Origin: Heptranchias perlo
Lineage: Eukaryota
Assembly (NCBI RefSeq): GCF_035084215.1
Contig: NC_090349.1
Location: forward strand, 27,776,001 to 27,840,000
Direction: 5' to 3'
DNA: 64,000 nucleotides
The notes below the pieces were generated by a model, which worked only from the letters and a program-made list of their open reading frames with translations, did not search any database and was not told the DNA's origin. The translations under genes were made by a program, and so were the position numbers. Positions 23,291-36,224 of this stretch are shown in pieces. Every line of letters begins with the position of its first letter. The stretch's first letter is position 1.

Positions 23291-26200
23291 TTTGTTTGTG
23301 AAGCACAACAATCTTACTATGGGCTGCCTTGTTTAGCTCATGAGATAATGCTCATCGTTGCAACAATTTAGAAAGCACTATTTTCAAACTATGTGTGGCG
23401 TGCAAATTGCTCTAGCATTTGAACTCTAACAGCTATTTTAAAGGCACTCAAGTTTTCGGAAAATTGCATGCATCGGACAAAATATTCTGCACAAGTGTTA
23501 TAAATTATGGTCTCAAATACAAAAAACTGTTAATGGCAGTTGGAAGCTGTGCTGGAATCATGGCAACAACAATCACATTTATGTAACACCTTTAATGTAA
23601 AAAATGTTACAAGGCGCTTCAAGAATACATATGGAAAATGGGCACTGAGCCAGGAAATGACAGATTAGGAGGGGTGACCTAAAGCTTGGTTGAAGAAATA
23701 GGTTTTGAGAAGATTTTTAAAGTAGAACAGAGAGGAGGAGAGGCGGAGGAGTTTAGGGAGGATATTCCAGCGATAAGCACCCAGGCAGCTGAATGGTCTA
23801 CCACATTGGTGGGACGAAAGGATGCACATGAGGCTGGAGTCAGAAGAATGGACATCTCAGAAGGTTAATAGGGCTGGAAGAGAGTTTAGTGATAGGATGG
23901 GGTGAAATCATGGAGGGAGTTAAAAACGAGAAGGAAGATTTTAAAGTTGAGGTTTTGGGAACTGGGGGCCAATGTAGATCAGTGAGTATGGGGATGAAGA
24001 GCCGGTGGGACTTAATGTAGGACAGAATACATCCAGCAAAAATTTGATCAAGTTAGAGTTCATGCAGGGTGGAGAATGGGAGGCCAGCAAGGGGAGTGTT
24101 AAAGTCGTTGAGTGAAGGTGATTTTTTCAGGATTACATCACTCAATGATTTCTTCCAAACCACAGAAATAATTGCCTTACTATACCTGTCTGTGAATTAT
24201 ATGATGCAATCACTACAGAATAATACTGTTACGTGATAAATAAGACAATTAAACCATAGAAGATATGTAGAGAATACCTACAAGGTGTTGACAGTGCATA
24301 TGTTTGCTGTCACTCAATGATATATTTTCCATACACCGTTGCTAACTAATCTGTTTGCTTTCGATATAACATGCCATTTTGTTCTGATATAAAACTTTAT
24401 GGTTACTGTTTTCAATACAAACGCCAATTATTTGTGTATGTGTCACATCTTAAAGTCATCAGAGTAACATTTCCATATATCCTACTTAATCATATAATTT
24501 TAGATCTAAATTGTTTCTAAATATGTTTTTGCATCACCTCTCAAAATTATGTAAAGGATACAGTAAATAATGAAGTGTCACACAATAATGTATAAAATAG
24601 ATCTGCACTGCACTTTCTGTTTTGTAATTTTCCCTATTTTATTTCCCTACATTGAATTCTGTGTCCACATTGTCTTCTTCACCTGGGAGACTGGATGGTT
24701 CTGTTTGATGATATTCCCAATGAACACCATCGGTCCTGTTTCTTAACCGTTCCATTGAAGGGATAATTGAGCAGTGCAGGAAAGAATTCCGCCATTGGTT
24801 TTCCTTTCCTCTCTAAAACTGGCAAATCAGTGGAGAAAGAGCAGAACTGTTTTATATTCAGCAGCTAATCCTTAAAAAGGTAGCCAAGTTCTAATATTTA
24901 TTAACAACCTATCAATAAGTTAAAATCAGATGCTGAAAATATTGCATCATGACAGAATTATTTTAACTATATGGTATGGGTAAAATAGAACTCACCACAT
25001 ATGCACTTATGAAAAGACATAACAGCATTGGAAAATGTTCCAGCAGAGGAAACAAGGACAGTCAACTCCTAAATTAGTGACCTATGAAGAGTCTAAGGCA
25101 TCTAAATCTTTTCTTTTGAAATAATGAAAGGCATCAGAGGGTTGGCCATAGGAGAATTATTTGTGGAGTATCTGGTTTAGCCTCGGCTGTATTGCCCCCA
25201 CAGTTGAATAGCCTACTAATAATCCCTGGTGTAGGCTCACATGTGAGAAATTGCCACTTGGGCATGGTATTTGAAAAAAAAACTTGTTAAAATATGGATG
25301 GGATAGCTAAAGACTCTGCCACTATTGGTGGAGCAATGGGAGCATTGCATTCGATTCAACATAGGTTAGTGAGGATGGGGGTTATTGAGCAAGCAAGGAT
25401 ATGGATGGCAAAGTTTTGGACAAGTTGGAAGTTTGTGGAAGGTTGGAATTCTGGTAAGTAGGGCTGTGGAGAATTGAGTCTAAAGATGACAAAAGCGTGA
25501 ATGAGGGTTTACGTAGTAGTTGGGTAAGGAAAGGGTACAGGTGGTAAATGCTGAGAAGGTGGAAGTAAGCAGTTTTTGTTCAGATGAACAAATAGATAGG
25601 GAAGGGAATGGATTCAGTGACAGGGGAGTGCAGTTTTTTATGGGGCCTGAAAATAATAACTTCAGATTTCCCAATAATCAACTGGAGGAAATTCTGGCTC
25701 ATCCATGACATAATGGCAGACAGGCAGTGTGGCAGCATAATGGTGTTTGTAGTGGTGGAGAGGTAGTGGTGGGTGTCATCAGCAAATATTGGAGCTAATC
25801 CTATGCTCACTGATGATGTCACTGATCGAGGGGCAGCATGTAGACAAAAAAGAGAAAGCCGAGGATGGAGCCTAAATAAAGTGAATTAGATTTATCTATA
25901 TAACTTCTACAGATAAATACTTCTCATTACATGGACTATTTTCTTTCTAATAAGTTATTCATTGGGATAATAAGTGATGAGTTTTTTTATAGATTATTAC
26001 TGAAATAATTAGCATAGTTTGGCAAATTATATTTTAGTTTTGGTTTAGACTTTTGGCTCCTCCTACAGGAGGTTCCAACAACAACAGCCACAAAGATATA
26101 TTTAACATTATAAAAATACACAGTCTATTTCAGGAAAGGAAGAATATGTATAATTGGCACCAGACTCTTCTGTCTGCTTCCTTATCCATTGCTAACTGCA

Positions 26201-28309
26201 AATACTAGCTCTATTCTTGCCAAAAAGATCAGGGAAAACAATGGGAACGTTCTTTCCTTCTTTTCTTCTGTTCTGTTCTTTTTTTCTTCATAATGCCAGA
26301 GAACTGCAGGATCTGCCTAATGTTTTTAAATATCTCACTATGATATGTTCAGGAGTTTTACACAGCTGCGTTTCCTCAATGAAACCAATTCTTCCCATCA
26401 GCAGTTCCCATTATATGCCTGGCCTAGTGTCACTGTTCTAAATGAATCTCTCTTAAATTGCATAATGCAAAGCTACGCAGAAAAGCTTGGCATTCATAAC
26501 GGAAAATATGAACTGTACTCATAAAACTCCAGCAGGAAAACTTCAAAAAGGTATTACATATAAAATTATGAAACAAGATTTGGGACTGCATTCAAAGCAG
26601 TTACATTCTCTTCGTGTTCAGATGTCTTTTGTAAACTTCGCTCTCATGGTATATAACATCACTTCAACCTTTTGTGCGTATTACTTGCTTCTAATACATT
26701 CATAGGTGTTGTACTTAATGCATACAAAACTTGCTAACCAAAATGTAATGTGCAATTATTGTCATAACTAGTAAACATATTGACTTGTTTTTACACAGGA
26801 TGTGCCATTTCACACAAGTGCAGTCTTTAACACATATACTCTATCTGCCGGTTACTAAGGCAAGCAAGATCAGTGTGAGAATAAAATAGGTTTCCCCATT
26901 TAATATTTGCAATGACTTTTTCTCTCACATCAAAGATCAGAAGAAAATGTAGCCCGTAGAAATTAGTTCCACATTGCCACAGAACTAGGACTGCTTTCCC
27001 AACTGCCCCTCACTTCAAACAACAGCTCACTTCATTTTCCAAATTAATGAAGTTGCTGTGGAAGTGACCTGCTTGCATAGTTTATTGGTGCCCACAAGAT
27101 GCTGATATTTTGGCTGTGCTATCAAGGGAGGTGCTGAGTAAAAGGCAAATACTTGGAGGGAGACACAAGTCACTTGGTCTGGTCCTACACATCTCCAAGT
27201 AGTTATTTATTAAACATGGGCAAAGGGCTGAGTATAGGTCACTTGCTTATCTTTGCTGCCTGGAAAATACTGAGAGGGTGTCAATTAGTTTTATTGTTTT
27301 AAATAAAGTTGAAAACTATCACTAGTTTCTACTTTGGTGAGTTCCTGTTCAATTATTTTGTTTATTATTGAAAAAATAAAGTTGGAAGACTTGATTTTAC
27401 TCATTACAGGAATTGATGCAGCTCCTCAGTCATACAGCTCATGGAAAACCACTTTGTATATAATCGAAAGTTTGTATGCACACAGCAAACTTTCACCAAA
27501 CCACTGAGTTGAGACAGAAAACAATACATTATTTTGCAGAGGTACAACATCCCCTTTTTTTTTGTTAATTTCTCCACTTCCCTTCCTATCTCTTCTCCTG
27601 AAGGCACTGAGATTTATTGGGGTATAGTCCTATGGAGCCCATTGGTTCTTCACATACGTGACCATACTTCATGTGTGAACCTAGATAGGGAGAGTTGGCA
27701 ATTATTCAACATTTTTCTTCCATTCTGTCTCTGTCTCTCTGCATATCTGCTTCTCTCTTTCAATGTCTCACATGTTTCTTTACAGATTTACTCAGTTTGT
27801 ATTTTTTCACATTTTTAAAAGACACAGGATATGCAGCAAGATGGAAGCCAACATTACTGGATGCTGGGCCAGACAAGAGGGTGGGGCTGAGACCAGGCAT
27901 AGATACTGTCCAGGAGTTATTGCAACATACATGACTAAGACAAACTATGGGTTGTGCCCTTGTTTGGCAGGAAGCATGGGACACAAGTGGAACAAGGGAT
28001 TTGGGGAACAGAGCCTGGAGATGGAGGTAGCAGACACAAACTCTTGGATTTTGTAACATATAAGGAAGCCATTCAGCCTGTTGTGCCTTAAACATCTATC
28101 TACTTCATCCCATTCCTCTGCCCTTTTCCCCTTATCTATTTAAATTTTATTTCTTTAAATGTTTACCAACTTCTCTTTATTTTGTATTAGTCCTATAAAA
28201 CTTTATTTTTGGAGCTACTGTAGTTATAGGATAAAGGAAGCCTGGAATGTACTTATTTCTCTCCATGCTGCACATTGACACCTCAATATATTTTAAGGTG
28301 TTTGTATAT

Positions 28310-29122
28310 AGTTAGGAACATAGGGACATAGGAACAGGAGTAGGCCATTCAGCCCCTCGTGCCTGCTCCGCCATTTGATAAGATCATGGCTGATCTGTGA
28401 TCTAACTCCATGTACCCGCCTTTGGCCCATATCCCTTAATACCTTTGATTGCCAAAAAGCTATCTATTTCAGACTTAAATTTAGCAATTGAGCTAGTATC
28501 AATTGCCGTTTGCGGAAGAGAGTTCCAAACTTCTACCACCCTTTGTGTGTAGAAATGTTTTCTAATCTCGCTCCTGAAAGGTCTGGCTCTAATTTTTAGA
28601 CTGTGCCCCCCTAGAATCCCCAATCAGCGGAAACAGTTTCTCTCTATCCACCCTATCCCCTTAATATCTTAAAAACTTTGATCAGATCACCCCTTAACCT
28701 TCGAAACTCTAGAGAATACAACCCCAATTTGTGTAATCTCTCCTCGTAACTTAACCCTTGAAGTCCGGGTATCATTCTAGTAAACCTACGCTGCACTCCC
28801 TCCAAGGCCAATATGTCCTTCCGAAGGTGCGGTGCCCAGAACTGCTCACAGTACTCCAGGTGCGGTCTAACCAGGGTTTTGTATAGCTGCAGCATAACTT
28901 CTGCCCCCTTGTACTCTAGTCCTCTAGATATAAAGGCCAGCATTCCATTAGCCTTTTTGATTATTTTCTGCACCTGTTCATGACACTTCAATGATCTATG
29001 TACCTGAACCCCTAGGTCCCTTTGGACATCCACTGTTTTTAACTTTTTACCATTTAGAAAGTATCCTGTTCTATCCTTTTTTGATCCAAAGTGGATGACC
29101 TCACATTTGTCTACATTGAATT
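28310..29122 (-). mobile_element. CR1 LINE 3' fragment, young
   Basis: ORFs 28653-29033 and 28402-28623; tail of TTCCTATG-like repeats. Confidence 0.9.
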
Positions 29123-29401
29123 TAGTTGAAGACTAAAGCAATGTATCTATATGTAAAAAATTCCAACTCAAACTTTTAACTAATGTGGAAGGTACTGTAT
29201 ATTGACAGATAGTCCTGCACCTCTCAAAACAAAATTTCAAAGGTTTGAGTTGAGGAAAGACTGAAGAGACTTGAGCTTTTCAGTCTGGAAGGAGGCAACT
29301 GAGAGGTGAACTTATAGAACGGTCCCCACCCCATATAGCAGGCGCATTGGTGCTAATGCAATTTGCCCACTGTATGCGGTGGACAGTAAATCCATCTGAA
29401 T

Positions 29402-29667
29402 GAACCAAGACATTGTAGTAGAGGTTGACCTGATCTCATGTTAAACACATCAGCTGATTGAAGCTGCCCAGAATCTCCACATTTCGACCGCCCCCCGTAA
29501 TTGTTAACAGTACGAATAGCTGATTGAAGCTGCCTGAAGTCTCCATCAGCTATTATCAATGTTAACAACTAGGGGAGGCAGTCAGAACGTGGAGATTTCA
29601 GACATCTTCAATCAGCTGATATGTTTAACATGAGTCCAGGTCATCCTCTGCTACAATGTCTTGGTTC
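29402..29667. repeat. Long imperfect palindrome (~120-bp arms)
   Basis: GAACCAAGACATTGTAGTAGAGG... pairs with ...CCTCTGCTACAATGTCTTGGTTC. Confidence 0.9.
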
Positions 29668-31067
29668 TATTTATGTCTCTGTGGTTCTAACATCTGCCTT
29701 TTTGTTACAAAGTGAGATGTTGATTGGATGCAGCCATTAAAAAAAATCATCTTTTACAAAGTTGGTAAGTACTGAACTGCACAAAATAGCTCTACGTTTA
29801 CATTTTAATCCAAACCTTTGTAATTGACACCTATGGTGATGGCAAATGGTTAGCACTATTTGCCTAACATAGATGGCTGTCTGTGATAAGCCGTGAGGAT
29901 TGTATATAAGATTGTTTCGGGGATAGAAAAAGTGAATCCAGACTATTACTTTAAATTAAACTACAGAAGAACTCAGGGACACAGGTTCAAACTAATAAAT
30001 GATAATTTTAGGACTGATATCAGGAACTTCTTCACACAGTGATCAATGTGTGGAATAAAGTTCCAGATAGAGAAGTGGAGGCAAAAACTCTGGAATCTTT
30101 TAAGGAACAATTGGTTTCCACAATGGGAGGACATTATCTCTTTGAACGGATGAATTAAGATGAGTCAAATGGCCACCTTCATCCATAATTATGTTGCGAT
30201 CACTTGGCTAGCATAATGTGTGGTTAGAGCTAATTGAGTCGGAAGATGTCAGGTTTTCTAGTCTGAGATGAAATGCGTTGCCTCCATGTAATCTTTTGTC
30301 TGGTGGCCTAGTCAAAAATGAACAAATTCACCCAATAGAGGGAAGTAACTTTGAGTAAGACAAGACAGATTTGGATCTTGTTTATAGTGCAAGAGATGAG
30401 CAACCACTGGGGTACCCAATTATAGTTTCTTAAATTGTTGTAGGTTCTTTGATGGGTCAGTTGGTGAAGGTTGTGTGTAACTAAACTATACAGACCAGGT
30501 TTGATTTTTATTCTTTGCTGATTTAGCTGATCTCAGCAAGAAAACTAATAGCTATGCATAGTTGCCCTCAGTACCCCATATCTCTGAATTAACAAATCAA
30601 CCATAATTCCATTCCTGAGTACTATCCAGTGTTCCTCACTGAATAATAAGTGTGCACATTTCTGGATGTCATGTGACCGCAGGATAGGATTGTCCATATT
30701 CACCATATTCATACAGCATTTCTCAGGACGTCCCCAAGTGCTTTACTGATACTGAATTACTTTGAAGTGCAGTCTCATCCAAAGGGCAGGCACCTTCAAC
30801 AATGAGGCACTCCCTTAGTTCTACATTGAAGTGTCAGTCAGATTATATGTTTAAATCCTGGAATGGGGCTTGAATCCATAACTTACTAACTCAAGAATGC
30901 CACCAATTAAGCAGAGCTGATGCTTGTGAGGTTTAAGAGCCCCAGCGCCTGTGGAGCTGTACCCAAAGCACACACCCCTGCCTTCAGGAGAACAGTGAAG
31001 AAAAGGACATTTGCTAAAAATGTAGTCTTCACAAATTATAGATCACAGACACAAGAATTGATACAAT

Positions 31068-31073
31068 TTTATT
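31068..31073 (-). terminator. Candidate SF3A1 polyadenylation signal
   Basis: AATAAA on the minus strand about 445 nt after the stop, followed by a GU-rich tract (TTCTTGTGTCTGTG). Confidence 0.6.
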
Positions 31074-31255
31074 AAAAATATTCAACAGAAAGCTAAACGC
31101 AATGCAATAATCTCATACAGGAGCAGGGATGATAATTTAACCAAAGTGGGCTTTATGAATGCAGATCAACTAGAAGTCAAACAAAATTTAGTTTAATCTC
31201 TCCATCTTTGCAGACCTTTTGATAGGAGTCTAACATAATGAAGGAACTACGTGTA

Positions 31256-31306
31256 ACAAAAGATGAAAAGTACTGAACTTTACAAAAGATGAAAAGTACT
31301 GAACTT
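31256..31306. repeat. Tandem duplication (26-nt period) in the SF3A1 3'UTR
   Basis: ACAAAAGATGAAAAGTACTGAACTT occurs twice. Confidence 0.9.
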
Positions 31307-31517
31307 CTAAAATCAATTTTTTTAAAAAAACCTTTTAACTTGTATACAGAATTATTTTCACATATGCTACAGTTCCATTCTTCTAAATAAAGATGTTGCA
31401 AGTCTGAATTGTCTGTTAAATGAGTTAACAATCTTAATGTTTTGAATCTTAAGAATGTATAGTTCGATTCACATTCCCATATATGTGTAGAAAGACAGTG
31501 CCAACTACAGCAACATG

Positions 31518-31619
31518 CTACTTTTTTCGGCCTCCTCGTTCTTTGAAGGCGAGGTGGATAACTGAACCACTGGTCACGTTGTAGTAGGCTAGAGAGTTTG
31601 AATCTTTAATAAAGATGCC
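31518..31619 (-). CDS. SF3A1: SF3A1 exon 16 (last coding exon)
   Basis: GIFIKDSNSLAYYNVTSGSVIHLAFKERGGRKK then TAG; all 16 exon phases are compatible and sum to 2337 nt. Confidence 0.96.
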   Translation of the reverse strand, partial: GIFIKDSNSLAYYNVTSGSVIHLAFKERGGRKK

Positions 31620-32157
31620 CTAAAAAACAAAAACATAGTAGTCAGACTGCAAGTACAGTTTAACAAACTAGAATTTAGTTTCTTTCTCAATTGGACAGAA
31701 GAGTTATTTAATCTTCAGCTGCACTATCTTAATAGCAGCACTAAACATTAATTCCAGGAAAACTGCAAGATCACCAGCAATTCAAATGGGAGGCAGTAAA
31801 CACAGTAGTAACATTTCAACCTACTAATCACCGTAACGTGTAGAGTCACACTAAAACCTTAATGTTATGCATTGAAATCCAAGTAAAGGTTGTGCAACAT
31901 TATGTACTAACTCAATGGACTATCGATTAGTTCCTTACTCTTGGATCGCAGTATATGCATATCCACATATTTCTGTATACACAGATTTCAAGGTTCATTA
32001 CCTGAAGACCAACAGTTATTAAGTTTCAAACTTAATATATAAAGCTAAAGACTTTCCAAAAGTATTAGTAACAACAGAAGCATGTATATGAATGTAACTA
32101 GAACCATTCTGTCTGAATTACAGCTGGATATTGTACATTGAGGTATGCCATATATAC

Positions 32158-32229
32158 CTCATATTGAAGCTTCTGTTTACCAGCAGGCATTCCTGTAGCC
32201 TCATGGATTTTCACCTTGACAACAGACAC
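32158..32229 (-). CDS. SF3A1: SF3A1 exon 15
   Basis: VSVVKVKIHEATGMPAGKQKLQYE; 72 nt. Confidence 0.96.
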
Positions 32230-32674
32230 CTAGAAAAAAATAAACAAACTGATGTAATCTAGTGTCCTCGAGATACATAAATCGAAACAAGATATTGGAA
32301 CCGCATGTAAGTGACTGATGAAGGCAACTTTGGAATAGTGTATGCAATTTTAAGCATCCTACATTCAAAAAAGAAACAGGTATATTAAGACAGTTCTGAG
32401 AACAGAAATGATTCCCAAAGCTGAGGGTTCTTTGTTTTGAAGAGGATGAGAAAACTGATCTTATTTATATTAGTGAAAATACCAAGGAAGACATGATCTA
32501 GATCTTTAAAAGGATAATTAGAAAATAGACATCATGAATACTCTATGGAATATGATGGTTTCTGAACTGATGGCATCATGCAAAGCAACCAAGGAGGAAT
32601 AGTACAAGTTAACAGATATTTAGAATTTTGTTTTATTATTCTTCAGGGCACAGGGAAAAAAATTCTGCAGAATC

Positions 32675-33675
32675 TGACCGTAGGAGTGGGTGTTGAGAAG
32701 TGGTATTCCACAGGGATCGGTGCTGAAACCACTGTTGTTCACCATTTACATAAACGATTTGGACTCGGGAATCAGAAGTACAATTTCAAAAGTTGCAGAT
32801 GACACTAAATTGGGGGATAGAGTTAATACTGAAGACGACTGCGACAAAAAACAAGATGACGTTAATAAACTTGCAGAATGGGTGTGTAAATGGCAAATTA
32901 ATTTCAATATAGATAAGTGTGAGGTGGTGCATTTTGGTAGGAGGAATAAAGAAGGTCATATACTCCTTAGGAAACAAGAGTCTAAATGGGGTAGAGGAGC
33001 AAAGGGATCTAGGGGTGCAGATTCACAAATCATTAAAAGGTAGCAATGCGGGTTAACACGTCATAAAAAATGTAAACAAAGCACTGGGGTTCATTTCTAG
33101 AGAAACATTTAAAAGCAGAGAGGTTATGTTAGATGTGTATAGAGCCTTGGTTAGACTACACTAAAGGAGTCCACATTACAAAAAAGATATAGAGGCACTG
33201 GAGACGGTGCAAAAAATATTTATAAGGATGATACCAGAACTGAGAGGTTATAACTATCAGGAAAGACTGAACAGGCTGGGGCTCTTTTCTTTAGAAAAGC
33301 GAAGGCTGCGGGGTGATCTAAGAGGTCATTAAAATTATGAAGAGATTTGTAGGGAAGATGTTTCCCCTTGTGGGAAGTCCAAAACTAGAGAACACAAATG
33401 TAAGATAGTCACTAATAAATCCAAGAAGGAATTCAAGAGAAACTTCTTTACCCAGAGAATAGTTATAATGTGGAACTTGCTACCACATGGAGTTGAGGTG
33501 AATAGCACAAAGGCAGCTAGATAAGTACATGAGGGAGAAAGGAATAGAAGGATATGCTGATGGAGTTAGATGAAGTAGGGAAGGAGGAGGCTCGCATGGA
33601 GCATAAACACCGGCACAAACCAGATGGGCTGAATGGCCTGTTTCTGTGCTGTACATTCTATGTAATTCTATGTAA
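32675..33675 (+). mobile_element. CR1 LINE fragment in SF3A1 intron 14
   Basis: GIPQGSVL, YINDLD, ADDTK; tail ATTCTATGTA repeats. Confidence 0.9.
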
Positions 33676-33852
33676 ATAAGCTGGGTAGTATGCATGATGG
33701 GGCAAATGACACATGGAAGTGATAGACTTGAAAGGTTCAAATGTTTTTTTTCTTGTTCTATGCATTTTTAATGTATTATTTTGCTACATGAAAGCAATTA
33801 GAATCCATATTGTCTTGCATATATATTTCACATTTTCATAGGGTATCCATAC

Positions 33853-33954
33853 CTGATCTGTTAGAGGGAGGGTGAAAACCAGGACCTGGCCATTCAGCTT
33901 CCATTCAGACTTATCCTGCATGTTCGGTACCTGTATCTTGACTGTGACTGGACC
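33853..33954 (-). CDS. SF3A1: SF3A1 exon 14 (ubiquitin-like domain)
   Basis: GPVTVKIQVPNMQDKSEWKLNGQVLVFTLPLTDQ; 102 nt. Confidence 0.96.
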
Positions 33955-34419
33955 CTTAAAAAAAAATTGAGCACAGTTGAGAGTTGTAAATTTACTTTCT
34001 TGAATAAAAATGTAAATGCAGTTACTTTCTCAAATGCATACGTACGATTCAAAAAAACATAACAGTGCCAAAAGCATAAATGTAATGTGCTCTTCAAATT
34101 ACTTTTGAGGAATTGAGAATTCTAAGTGCTAACTTTGAAATACGATGCAGGATTATTTGAAAGCAAGTCCCAAGATAATATTAAACTGTTGGTAGAAAGC
34201 ACGGTAAATCAAAGCCATGAAAAGTGCACAGATATGTAATGTTGAAATAAACTAAAAATAGAAAAAGTTTGCATTATAAAAAACATTTAGTCTGTGCTAA
34301 CATAAGCTATTTGGTCATTTTCATATGGTGCATATTTAGCATTATAGTGCAATCACTAATGCACAACAGAAACTTAATTTTGGGAGGAAAAACAAGAAAT
34401 ATGAGTATACATTCAATTG

Positions 34420-35135
34420 AAAGACCCAGGACGTGGATGAATAGACACTTAGGGGTTCAAATAAATAATTCCGAGTGTGCCAGTAGATAAAGCCATCAAA
34501 AAGACAAACAGCATTCTAACAGAAGTTTAGATTACTACAGTAAAGAAAATGAAAAATTTGTACAAAACTCTGGTTAGGCCACAGTTACAGTAATGTGTGG
34601 AGTTTTGGGTGCTTCATTATAGAAGGGACATTTAATCCAAAGAACAGTAAAAGTGTAGATTGACAAGAATGATGCCAGGGATGGGAAACTAGTTATGAGG
34701 AGGGATTTGAGATACTAGGTCTATTTCCACTGAAACAGAGAAGACAAAAAGGGTATTTAATAGAGGTTTTTAAAATTATGAACGGTTTTGATAGAGTGAA
34801 TAGTGAAAGTCTACTTCCTTCAGTTCGGGAGTCATTTAGGAAGGTCAACAATTTAAAATTTTCATTACGTTATCACGAAAGAGAGTTTAGGAGAAATTTA
34901 TTTATGCAGAGTGTTGTTGGAGCATGGACTGCTTTGTCACAAAGAGTGGTTGAAATAAAGATCATTACATCTTTTAACGGAAAATTGGATGGATATTTGA
35001 AGCAGAACAAGATACAGGGCTATGGGGAGAGATCGGAGCGGTAGATTAGTTTTGGATTTCTCTGGCAAAGAGTCAGCACAGACACAATAGGCTGAATTCC
35101 ATCCTTCTGTACTGTAAATTTCTACGGTTCTATAT
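34420..35135 (+). mobile_element. Older CR1 LINE fragment
   Basis: Degenerate ORF2 C-terminus (FRRNLFMQSVVGAW). Confidence 0.75.
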
Positions 35136-35305
35136 TACTATTTTTTTAAAAACAAGGCCGGGTGAGAGAAAATCACATTTAAGTTTGATTAAAAACTAAA
35201 GTCTAAATTATTGAAGTAAGAAGTTATTATTTATGGGCTCATAAATGTATTCAGGTACTGCACGTTCCTCCCTTAATATAAGGGAGGAACGTGCAGTACC
35301 TGAAA

Positions 35306-35573
35306 CTTCTTTTGAAACATAATACCCATTCTAATATTAAAATAAAAATATTTTAAAAACCTTGTATGCGGCTCACATTTTGTGCAATACACTTTAAGGT
35401 GTCACATGTTTCCATGTCAATTTTGTGCCATATTTATTAAAAAGTATTAAAAAGCATCATGAAACCCAATCACCTGCAACCCAAGACTCAGAATGTGTCT
35501 CATCTCTAATGAACCTTGGTAATTACAATGATTGACCCAAGCATCAATTTCAAGAATGCAGAGCAATTACATC
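35306..35573 (+). repeat. 268-bp direct duplicate of 36272-36539
   Basis: Read-through comparison; one mismatch seen (gtatgCggct vs gtatgTggct). Confidence 0.95.
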
Positions 35574-35614
35574 GTTCACCTGACGAAGGAGGAAGCCTCC
35601 GAAAGCTTGTGAAT
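35574..35614 (+). ncRNA. Minimal type I hammerhead ribozyme in a solo PLE 3' terminus
   Basis: GUUCAC-CUGACGA-A-GGAGG(AAG)CCUCC-GAAA-GC-UU-GUGAAU. Confidence 0.82.
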
Positions 35615-35678
35615 TTAAAATAAAATTGCTGGACTATAACTTGGTGTTGTAAAATTGTTTACAATTGTCAACCCCAGT
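35574..35678 (+). mobile_element. ~105-bp PLE 3'-terminal fragment, same family as 6425-8105
   Basis: From CTCCGAAAGCTTG through GTCAACCCCAGT it matches the reverse complement of ~6446-6527. Confidence 0.9.
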
Positions 35679-36075
35679 AAGAAAGTGAGTGTGGGGAGGA
35701 AAAATGCCTAAATTTGGTGAAAATTCAGTACAATATTTTGTTACTAACTAGTGACAACTTAAGTGAACAAAAACATTTGCCAGCAGACTCATTTTAACAA
35801 AAATCCCTCAGAAAATAAGTTTGGTTTAAAAGTCCAAAAAAACATGTTGTCAGATTAAGATACAACAGATAGAAACATGAATATTACCAAAATATTACAT
35901 TTTCAAAGGAACCTAGCATTTAATAAAGGGTGGTCACAGAAGATTCAATTAAAGACTAGTGACTGTGCAATAGACTGAGGTTAGACAAGCACGTTCATGG
36001 ACACTGTCCTAACACGTCCTTAAATTTGAATTTAACATTACTTGGCTTGATTTTCAAGCAATGGGTATAATATAC

Positions 36076-36224
36076 CTTGCTTCTTCGAAGAAACTCTTCC
36101 TCCGGGATAAGATTATCCTCGGTTTTCATCTTTTTGGATGTCGGCTCATCATCTAGTGGTGGAGGAGGACGAGGAAGTGAAGAAGGAAGCGGCGCAGGAA
36201 CCACTGGAGGTGCAGGTACAAATG
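36076..36224 (-). CDS. SF3A1: SF3A1 exon 13
   Basis: FVPAPPVVPAP...DEPTSKKMKTEDNLIPEEEFLRRSK; 149 nt. Confidence 0.95.

Noticed and set aside
32314-32340. CTGATGAAGGC resembling a hammerhead core
   Set aside because: No GAAA or convincing helices follow.
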